A DNA stretch of 63,539 bases from Alistipes sp. (GTDB lineage: Bacteria; Bacteroidota; Bacteroidia; Bacteroidales; Rikenellaceae): NCBI RefSeq assembly GCF_021204515.1, contig NZ_JAJPZH010000037.1; one strand, written 5' to 3'. Of the stretch, positions 19,402 to 26,754 are shown in pieces. Made by a program: the position numbers and the translations under genes. How positions within the stretch are numbered: the stretch's first letter is position 1; each line of letters begins with the position of its first letter. A model generated the notes under the pieces. The model was given only the letters and a program-made list of their open reading frames with translations. It was not told where the DNA came from and did no database searches.

Positions 19402-20780
19402 AACGGTCCTTTTTTATTTCGTTTCAGCCGCAGCGTATCGACCAGTGCGCTCTGCTCGTCCTCGGGGAAAACCCACGCCTTGCCCGTCGCGGCGGCCGCG
19501 CTGCGGACCTCTTCCAAGTCGAAGTCCGGGGCGATGTAATAGGCCGGCGCCAGCAGGTCGTCGTTCGGGCCGACGACGCCTTCGCGTGCGGCCAGTTCAG
19601 CCAGCCGGGTGTGCGGATAGATGCGCATGCCCGCATAGGGGAACATGACGGTATATTCCAGCCGGCGCGAATTTTCGATCGTTTCGTGCACATTCCTCCG
19701 CGTGTCGCCGTACCCGCCCAGAATCAGGAAGTGGGCGTAGTAGACGCCGTTGTCCAGCGCCAGCCGGCTGGCCCGCACGACGTCGCCGAACGTAAAGCGT
19801 TTGCCGTAGGCTTCCAGTGTCCGGTCGCAGAACGACTCGGTGCCGAATTCGATGTGGGTCAGGCCCGAAGCCCTGAAGAGCCGCATCTGCTCGGCGTCGA
19901 TGCCCCGTGGCGAGAAGTAGGCGCCCCACTCGACGTTCGTCCCGCGCCGGATGAGCGTTTCGGCCAGCCGGACGTTGTATTCGGGACAAATGTTGAACAC
20001 CGAGTCGGTGAAGAACAGGTAGTTTATGCCGTAATCGCGCTTGGCGCGGAGGATGTTTTCTGCGATGATTTCGGGGTCCATCGTGCGCACGCACCGCCCG
20101 TCGATATGGGGATACGAACAGTAGATGCACTCGTAGGGGCAGCCCCGCTTGGTCTGGATGTTGAGCATGCCGCTCCGCTTCCAGTAATATCCGGTCAGCT
20201 CCGGCTCGAACTCCACTTCGATCGCCGGCAGGTAGCTGCGCCGTCCGTTTTCGGTGCATCCGTTTCCTGCGGGTCCGTTTTCGGTGCACCTGTTTCCCGT
20301 ACACCCGTCACGGGTGTAGACCGCCGGAATGCCGCTTCCGGTTTCGCCCCGCTCCAAGGCTCCGATCAGCTCCGCCAGCGGTCCTTCGCCCTCGCCGTGG
20401 ATGCCGTAATCGGCCCCCAGTTCCCGCATGAACGCCTGCGGATAGATCGAGAATCCCGCCCCGCCGATAATCACGGGTGCGTCGCTGGCCGCGCGTATGA
20501 CGTTGATCAGCGCCTTGTACTCCGGCAGGAATCCCCGCCGGTCGAGCGAATTGGCGCCGTCCACGTTGCGCAGCGACACCCCGATATAGCGGGGCGCGAG
20601 CGTGCCGATGCGTTCGGCCAGCTCTTCGTCCGTGAGTAGGTTGCAGTCGGCCGTATCGACACGTATCCCGCTTATCGTGCGCTCGAGGTAGGTTTTCAGG
20701 TAGGAAATTCCGAGCGGATAAACGGGGTAGGGCGACGTGTGGCGGTTTGCCGAAATGAGTAATATGCTACATGCGCTCAC
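19377..20780 (-). CDS. lipid-biosynthesis B12-binding radical SAM protein
   Basis: N-terminal PYPVYPLG..GVSLRNVD..IIGGAGFS cobalamin-binding domain; RGCPYECIYC CxxxCxxC; FTDSVFN; GTG start inferred from GTGA overlap. Confidence 0.88.
   Translation of the reverse strand: MSACSILLISANRHTSPYPVYPLGISYLKTYLERTISGIRVDTADCNLLTDEELAERIGTLAPRYIGVSLRNVDGANSLDRRGFLPEYKALINVIRAASDAPVIIGGAGFSIYPQAFMRELGADYGIHGEGEGPLAELIGALERGETGSGIPAVYTRDGCTGNRCTENGPAGNGCTENGRRSYLPAIEVEFEPELTGYYWKRSGMLNIQTKRGCPYECIYCSYPHIDGRCVRTMDPEIIAENILRAKRDYGINYLFFTDSVFNICPEYNVRLAETLIRRGTNVEWGAYFSPRGIDAEQMRLFRASGLTHIEFGTESFCDRTLEAYGKRFTFGDVVRASRLALDNGVYYAHFLILGGYGDTRRNVHETIENSRRLEYTVMFPYAGMRIYPHTRLAELAAREGVVGPNDDLLAPAYYIAPDFDLEEVRSAAAATGKAWVFPEDEQSALVDTLRLKRNKKGPLWEYLRKP
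20245..20304. repeat. four imperfect 15-bp tandem units in the radical SAM interdomain linker
   Basis: ccgttttcggtgcat / ccgtttcctgcgggt / ccgttttcggtgcac / ctgtttcccgtacac, in the stretch encoding GCTGNRCTENGPAGNGCTENG. Confidence 0.75.
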
Positions 20781-21658
20781 GACCAGAAACGATAGAAATT
20801 GAACCATTGCTGCGGATAGCGCCTTACCACGGCTTCGAGCGAGCGGACGTAGCTTCCGAGCACGGCGTTCGGGGTTTTGCCGTCCGGCGCTTCCGGGATG
20901 TCGAAGATGAAACGGTAACGCCTGCCGCGTTCGCGCATCGCATAGTAAAAGACCGCCGGCGCCCGGAATTTCTCGGCGACGACGAACGGTCCTGCCGGGA
21001 AGAGGGCCTCCCGGCCCATGAAAGTCATCGGCACCGTGGCGCCGCCTTCGACGAAGCGGTCGCCCTGAAAGCAGACGTACTCCCTGCGGTCGAGCACCTC
21101 CTTGATCCGCAGGATCGACTCGATGCCCCCTTCGTTCACCGGAATCACCTTGTAGCCCTCCTGCCTGCAGTGCTTGTCCATGACATTTTTGATCTGCCGG
21201 TATTCGGCGTCGTACATTACGAGGTGCATCCTGCGGGCGTAGTCGCCGAAGAATCCGGCTCCCGTGCCCCAGCAGCCGACGTGCGCGCCGATGATCACCG
21301 CGCCGCGCCCGCCGTCGAGCAGGCGCAGGAAAGCGTCGTAATTCTCGAATTCGAACTTGTACCGGTTGGCCATGCCGCTGCCGATGGCGACCCGGTCGAT
21401 GATGGTCTGTCCGAGCGCGTAATAGTGGGCATAGAGTTTGACCGCCGAACGCAAGACGCCGTAACGGAGTATGCGGCGGTTATAGAACCAGACGGCCCGC
21501 GTGGCGCGTGGCGCGAAAGGGATGAAATAGACGACTACCAGCGAGAGGAAAGCGTATGCGGCGCGTATTCCGAACACCCTCATCAGAAAGATGAAGAAAC
21601 TGTAGCCGAAACCTCCGCCGCGCGAGCGTCCGCTCCACCGTTTGTCGTTATTTGTCAT
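20777..21658 (-). CDS. LpxL/LpxP-family lipid acyltransferase
   Basis: WSGRSRGG N-terminus, IGAHVGCW, CFQGDR, YPQQWFNFY. Confidence 0.85.
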   Translation of the reverse strand: MTNNDKRWSGRSRGGGFGYSFFIFLMRVFGIRAAYAFLSLVVVYFIPFAPRATRAVWFYNRRILRYGVLRSAVKLYAHYYALGQTIIDRVAIGSGMANRYKFEFENYDAFLRLLDGGRGAVIIGAHVGCWGTGAGFFGDYARRMHLVMYDAEYRQIKNVMDKHCRQEGYKVIPVNEGGIESILRIKEVLDRREYVCFQGDRFVEGGATVPMTFMGREALFPAGPFVVAEKFRAPAVFYYAMRERGRRYRFIFDIPEAPDGKTPNAVLGSYVRSLEAVVRRYPQQWFNFYRFWS

Positions 21659-21896
21659 TGGTCCGGCTGATAATCAGGTCGTAGAAGTCCTGAAAGGTCT
21701 TCAGCTCCTTGAAGTCGGGACCCGTGAGCGTCACGCCGAAATTCTTATCGACGAGCACCACGACGTCCACCAGATCGAGGCTGTCGAGGTCGAGCGTTTC
21801 GAGCAGCGGCGCATCGGGGGTGATGACCTCCTGCTCCACTTCGAATTCGTCGGCCAAAACGGTATTGATCTTTTCGATAAGTTCCTGTTGTGTCAT
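21648..21896 (-). CDS. acyl carrier protein
   Basis: 82 aa, acidic, LDLDSLDLVD; start trimmed to MTQQEL. Confidence 0.92.
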   Translation of the reverse strand: MTQQELIEKINTVLADEFEVEQEVITPDAPLLETLDLDSLDLVDVVVLVDKNFGVTLTGPDFKELKTFQDFYDLIISRTNDK

Positions 21897-21910
21897 TGTC
21901 TGAGTGGGAT

Positions 21911-23134
21911 TTATTTGCATTTCTTGATAATGAGGGTCGAGTTGGTTCCGCCGAATCCGAACGAGTTCGACAGAAAGCGGTCGAAGGCGAGGTCCACCTT
22001 GCGGGCGGGAATGTTGAGCTTCGAGGTGGCTTCGTCTCCCTGCGCGAAATTGATGTTCGGGGCGATGAATCCGTGCTCCATCATCAGCATCGAGTAGACG
22101 ATTTCGCTGGCTCCCGCCATCCACATCTCGTGGCCGGTCATCGACTTGGTCGAGGCGACGTAGGGCCTGTTCGCGCCGAACACCTCGTCGATGGCCAGCG
22201 CTTCGTTGTAGTCGCCCAGCGGCGTCGAAGTGGCGTGGGCGTTGACGTAGGGGATCTCTTCGGGCCGCATGCCCGCGTCCGCCAGACAGCGCAGCAGCGA
22301 GCGGCGCGGCCCGTCCACGTTCGGCACGGAAATGTGCTCGCCGTTCGACGAGAATCCGTATCCGGCCACTTCGCCCAGTATCGCCGCGCCCCGGCGCACC
22401 GCCGAGTCGTAGCTTTCGAGAATCACGGTCGCCGCGCCTCCGCTCGGAACCAGCCCGTCGCGGTCCCTGTCGAAGGGGCGCGATGCCGCCGCGGGGTCCG
22501 ATTCGCGTTTCGAGAAGGCCCCCAGTCCGTCGAAACTGCCGACCGAATAGAGGTTCACCTCCTGCGCTCCGCCGCATACGATGCGCTCCTGCAGTCCCTG
22601 CCGGATCATCAGATACCCCATGCCGATCGCGTGCGAGCCGCTGGCGCAGGCAGCCGAGAGGGTGAGGTTGACGCCCCGCAGGTTGAAGATCACCGAGAGG
22701 TTCATCGTGACGGTCGAATTCATCGACTGGAAGATGTTTCCCGAACCGACCATCGCCGTATTCCGCTTGGCGCGGATGATGTCGATACCCTCGATCACCG
22801 GGGCCGCGCTGCTGTCGTTGCCGTAGATGATGCCGACCTCGTTGGCCGCCAGAAACGCTTCGTCCATTCCCGCATTGCGCATCGCTTCGGCCGTGGCCAT
22901 GTAGGCGAATTCGCCCTGTTGGGGCAGGCAGAGCCGCTTGCGGCGGTCGAGCGCCCCTTTCAGTTCGGGACGCTTGACGATGCCCGTCAGCGCCGATATG
23001 TATCCCAGCTCCCTGCGCGCCGGGTCCAGTCCGATGCCCGAACGCCCTTCGCGGAGCGATTCGGTCACTTCGCCGAGGCTGGTGCCGATCGAGGACCAGA
23101 TGCCCAGTCCGGTGATGACTACTCTGTTTTCCAT
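21911..23134 (-). CDS. beta-ketoacyl-ACP synthase (FabB/FabF-like)
   Basis: SAACASG, NAHATST, GHEMWMAG, NSFGFGG. Confidence 0.92.
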   Translation of the reverse strand: MENRVVITGLGIWSSIGTSLGEVTESLREGRSGIGLDPARRELGYISALTGIVKRPELKGALDRRKRLCLPQQGEFAYMATAEAMRNAGMDEAFLAANEVGIIYGNDSSAAPVIEGIDIIRAKRNTAMVGSGNIFQSMNSTVTMNLSVIFNLRGVNLTLSAACASGSHAIGMGYLMIRQGLQERIVCGGAQEVNLYSVGSFDGLGAFSKRESDPAAASRPFDRDRDGLVPSGGAATVILESYDSAVRRGAAILGEVAGYGFSSNGEHISVPNVDGPRRSLLRCLADAGMRPEEIPYVNAHATSTPLGDYNEALAIDEVFGANRPYVASTKSMTGHEMWMAGASEIVYSMLMMEHGFIAPNINFAQGDEATSKLNIPARKVDLAFDRFLSNSFGFGGTNSTLIIKKCK

Positions 23135-23138
23135 GGTG

Positions 23139-23879
23139 TCAGGTATATAATCCTCCGTTGATCGATATTACTTCCCCCGTGATGTAGGAGGCCTTGTCCG
23201 AGATAAGGAACATCGCCAGATCGGCGACCTCCGCCGCCTCGCAGAAGCGTCCGGCGGGTATCTGTTTCCTGAGTTCCGCTTCGTCGAGGTCCGCGGTCAT
23301 GTCCGTACGTACGAATCCCGGCGCGATGGCGTTTACCGTCACGCCTTTCTTGGCCACCTCCTGCGCCAGCGCCTTCGTCGCCGCGATCACGCCGCCTTTG
23401 GCCGCCGAATAGTTGGTCTGTCCGGGCAGTCCCTTGATTCCCGAGAGCGAGACGATATTGACGATGCGGCCGAAACGTTTGACCAGCATGTCCTTCAGCA
23501 GCGGGCGCGTGACGTTGTAGAATCCGCCTAGACCGGTATCCACGACCGAGTGCCACTGCTGCGGCTCCATCCACATCATCAGAGAGTCGCTGCGGATGCC
23601 CGCATTGTTCACCACCACCTCGATAACGGCTCCCCGGTGGCGCTCCTGCCATGCGGCGATCGCCGCCGCGGTCTCTTCGCCCGCGGCCACGTCGAACCGC
23701 AGGGTCTCTCCGTCGCCGCCCGCGGCGCGGACGCCTTCGAGCGTCCTTCGGGCTTCGTCGGCGTTCGAGCGGTAGTTGATGAGCACGTAGTAGCCGTGCC
23801 GGGCCAGCTTGAGACATATTTCGCGGCCTATGCCCCGGCTTCCGCCGGTGACGAGCGCATATTTTGTCGGTTCGGTCAT
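23139..23879 (-). CDS. fabG: 3-oxoacyl-ACP reductase
   Basis: TGGSRGIG, NNAGI, YSAAK, VNAIAPG; start trimmed to MTEPTK (ATGA overlap). Confidence 0.9.
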   Translation of the reverse strand: MTEPTKYALVTGGSRGIGREICLKLARHGYYVLINYRSNADEARRTLEGVRAAGGDGETLRFDVAAGEETAAAIAAWQERHRGAVIEVVVNNAGIRSDSLMMWMEPQQWHSVVDTGLGGFYNVTRPLLKDMLVKRFGRIVNIVSLSGIKGLPGQTNYSAAKGGVIAATKALAQEVAKKGVTVNAIAPGFVRTDMTADLDEAELRKQIPAGRFCEAAEVADLAMFLISDKASYITGEVISINGGLYT

Positions 23880-25390
23880 GCTTGCTCTTTCAGGAAGTTT
23901 TCGATGGCGGCGATTTCCCGGTATTTGGGCGTATCGTCGGCGAATTTCGGCACGATGCGGCGGATGTCGTCGTACAGCCTCCGGGTCTGGGACGACAGCT
24001 CTCCGGCGCACTCCAGACAATCGGCGGCCTGCACCAGCGCCAGCATCTCGATCGACAGCACCTGATAGCCGTTTTCGATCACCTGACGCGTCAGCATCGC
24101 GGCGTTGGTGCCCATGCTGACTATATCCTGATTGTCGTTGTTGTTGGGTATCGAGTGCACGTACATCGGATTCGAAAGCGTCTGCGATTCGGCCGTGGTC
24201 GAGGTCGCCGTGAACTGCGCCGCCTGCAGGCCGTAGTTGAGACCCAGCCGTCCGAGGTTCACGAACGGCGGCAGCGTCTCGTTGATACGGTCGTGGAAGA
24301 GGTAATTCAGCTGCCGTTCGGCGAGCATCGTCATCTTCGTGACGGCGATCTTGAGTTTGTCCATCTCCAGCGAAACGTAGTCGCCGTGGAAGTTGCCGCC
24401 GTGGTAGATGGTTCCCGTCGCCGGGTCCACCACCGGATTGTCGTCCACCGAATTGAACTCTTCGACCAGTATCTTCTCCGCATGTTCGAGCGTTTCGAGC
24501 ACCGGACCCAGTATCTGGGGTATGCAGCGCAGCGAATAGTAGGGCTGCACTTTGTGTTTGAAGGTCGGAGCCTCTCCCGTGTCGCCGCTGTAAAGTTCCG
24601 TTTCGCGCTTGCGCAGGCGGCGGCTCGACGCGCATATTTCGCGCATCCGGCGGGCGATTTCGATCTGCCCGGCGTGGAGCTTATAGGCGTTGAGCGCCTC
24701 GGCCATGAAGTCGTCGTACGATTCGACTATCTCGTTGAGCATTACCGAAGCCTTCACGGCCCAGTCCAGCAGGCGGCGGGTCTGGGCGAGGTTCACCAGC
24801 CCGATTCCCGTCATTACGGCCGTGCCGTTGGTCAGCGCCAGTCCGTCGCGGATGCGGAGCCTGAGCGGCGTTATGCCGCACGCCTTCATCGCTTCGGCCG
24901 CGGAGACGGTTTCGCCGTGGAACGAGACTTCCGATTCGCCGATCAGCGCCAGCGCGATGTGCGCCAACTGCACCAAGTCGCCGCTGGCGCCGACGCTGCC
25001 GTGGTGCGGCACGAGCGGATATATTTCGTTGTTGAGGAATCCGGCCAGAATCCGCACCACGTCGGGATGCACGCCCGATTTGGCGTTGAGGAAGGTCTGC
25101 AGGCGCGCAAGCATCGCCGCCCGTACGCAGATGTCGGGCAGCGTTTCGCCCGCGCCGCAGCTGTGCGAACGGATGATGTTGTATTGCAGGCTGTTCAGGT
25201 CGGCGTCGCCGATCCTGTACTGTGCCATGGGGCCGAAACCGGTGTTGATGCCGTATATTACCTTTCCCTGCTCGAAAACTTCGAGAAAACGGTAGCAGGC
25301 CTCGACTTCCCGGAGAGTCGCCTCGCCGACCGGAACTTCTGTCCGATTGAAAATCCAGCCGTTAATGGAGTCCAAGTCCGAATAGTGCAT
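23876..25390 (-). CDS. MIO-dependent aromatic amino acid ammonia-lyase, probably tyrosine ammonia-lyase
   Basis: YGINTGFG, GASGDL (MIO), YSLRC.PQ, HGGNFHG, NQDIVSMG; first gene of the lipid operon. Confidence 0.9.
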   Translation of the reverse strand: MHYSDLDSINGWIFNRTEVPVGEATLREVEACYRFLEVFEQGKVIYGINTGFGPMAQYRIGDADLNSLQYNIIRSHSCGAGETLPDICVRAAMLARLQTFLNAKSGVHPDVVRILAGFLNNEIYPLVPHHGSVGASGDLVQLAHIALALIGESEVSFHGETVSAAEAMKACGITPLRLRIRDGLALTNGTAVMTGIGLVNLAQTRRLLDWAVKASVMLNEIVESYDDFMAEALNAYKLHAGQIEIARRMREICASSRRLRKRETELYSGDTGEAPTFKHKVQPYYSLRCIPQILGPVLETLEHAEKILVEEFNSVDDNPVVDPATGTIYHGGNFHGDYVSLEMDKLKIAVTKMTMLAERQLNYLFHDRINETLPPFVNLGRLGLNYGLQAAQFTATSTTAESQTLSNPMYVHSIPNNNDNQDIVSMGTNAAMLTRQVIENGYQVLSIEMLALVQAADCLECAGELSSQTRRLYDDIRRIVPKFADDTPKYREIAAIENFLKEQA

Positions 25391-25412
25391 TTTTTGAACG
25401 GATTTATGACCC

Positions 25413-25420
25413 CAAAAATA
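25413..25420 (-). promoter_or_regulatory. Bacteroidota -7 promoter element for the lipid operon
   Basis: TATTTTTG matches TAnnTTTG, 22 nt upstream of the ammonia-lyase ATG; no clear -33 element. Confidence 0.5.
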
Positions 25421-25513
25421 CAAAAACTATCTCAATAATCCTTTATACGGTCACTTTTTTGTTTGCATTGTCCACTCCGGCTGTGCTCTTCGGACAGGGG
25501 CCGGATCCGCGGC

Positions 25514-25550
25514 AAAAAACGACGGAAGGCACCGCATGGTGTCTTCCGTC
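25514..25550 (-). terminator. intrinsic terminator after galM, separating the PUL operon from the lipid operon
   Basis: 13-bp stem gacggaaggcacc/ggtgtcttccgtc (one mismatch), 4-nt loop, T-run on the minus strand. Confidence 0.75.
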
Positions 25551-25573
25551 TGTAACAGAGCGTCGTCCGGACG

Positions 25574-26698
25574 CTATTTCGTGCCGAACCGGTAGATGCA
25601 GACCTGCGTATAGACTTCGCCGGGACGCAGTACCGTCGAGGGGAAATTCTCATGGTTGGGGCTGTCGGGATACTTCTGCGTTTCGAGCGCCAGCGATTCG
25701 CGGTAACGCTGCGGCTTGCCGTATTTGCCGTTTACCGTGCCGTCGAAAAAGTTGCCGCTGTAGAACTGCAGCGCGGGCTGGTCGCTCCACACTTCGACCG
25801 TGCGGCCCGAAGCGGGTTCCCACACCGTGGCGATCTCCTCGATGCCGTCTTCACTCCTGCGGTCGATCACCCAGTTGTGGTCGTATCCGCCGCCGTTCTT
25901 CAGCTGCGGATTCTCGTCGCCGATACGCTCGCCGATGGCGTGCGGCTCGCGGAAGTCGAACGGCGTGCCCGTCACGTCGGCGATCTCGCCCGTGGGAATC
26001 AGCACCGAATCGACCGGCGTGGTACGGCTTGCGTTGATCTTCAGCACATGGTCGAGGATCGTGCCGTTGCCTTCGCCCTTGAGGTTGAAGAAGGGATGGT
26101 GCGAAATGTTCACCACGGTCGGCTTGTCGGTTTCGGCCTCATAGTCGATGCGGAATTCGTTTTGGGGCGTGAGCGTGTAGGTCATCGTGATCTGCAGGTT
26201 GCCCGGGAATCCCTCTTCGCCGTCGGCGTGCGTGTAGTGCAGCACCAACTGGTTTTCCGTGGCCGAAACCACCTCCCATACTACGCGGTCCAGTCCGTTC
26301 AGTCCGCCGTGCAGCGTCTGCCCGTTGTTGTTCACCGGCAGGGTGTACTCCACGCCGTCGAGCGTGAAACGGCCTTTGGCGATGCGGTTGGCGTAAGGCC
26401 CTACGACAGCGCCGAGGAACCGTTCGCCGGGGTTGTCCAGATAGCGGTCGATCGACTCGTAGCCGAGTACGATGTCCTCGTAACGGCCCTCGCGGTCGGG
26501 CGTCCAAAGCGCCGCGACGCGGGCGCCGTAATTGGTGACCTGCATGGTTATTTCGCCTGCATGCAATGTGTAAAGTGCGACCTCTTTGCCGCCGACCGTG
26601 GCCTGAAAAGCCTCTTCGGGCAGCAGCCGGATGTCGGATTTCTGCGCACCGCAGGCCGCGAGCAGCAGCATGCCGAGTGCAAAAAGCGATTTTTTCAT
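25574..26698 (-). CDS. galM: aldose 1-epimerase (mutarotase), lipoprotein
   Basis: LLLAAC lipobox; YANRI, LHGG, GFPG, HHPFFNL, GYDHN, LETQ; start trimmed to MKKSLF. Confidence 0.9.
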   Translation of the reverse strand: MKKSLFALGMLLLAACGAQKSDIRLLPEEAFQATVGGKEVALYTLHAGEITMQVTNYGARVAALWTPDREGRYEDIVLGYESIDRYLDNPGERFLGAVVGPYANRIAKGRFTLDGVEYTLPVNNNGQTLHGGLNGLDRVVWEVVSATENQLVLHYTHADGEEGFPGNLQITMTYTLTPQNEFRIDYEAETDKPTVVNISHHPFFNLKGEGNGTILDHVLKINASRTTPVDSVLIPTGEIADVTGTPFDFREPHAIGERIGDENPQLKNGGGYDHNWVIDRRSEDGIEEIATVWEPASGRTVEVWSDQPALQFYSGNFFDGTVNGKYGKPQRYRESLALETQKYPDSPNHENFPSTVLRPGEVYTQVCIYRFGTK

Positions 26699-26754
26699 GA
26701 TTATCGGTTTTTCGGATTTTTCAATGCGTAAAGTTAAACGTTCTGCGGGAAATT

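Noticed and set aside
23876-25390. Histidine ammonia-lyase (hutH) call
   Set aside because: No hutU/I/G nearby; the biosynthetic context favours aromatic starter supply
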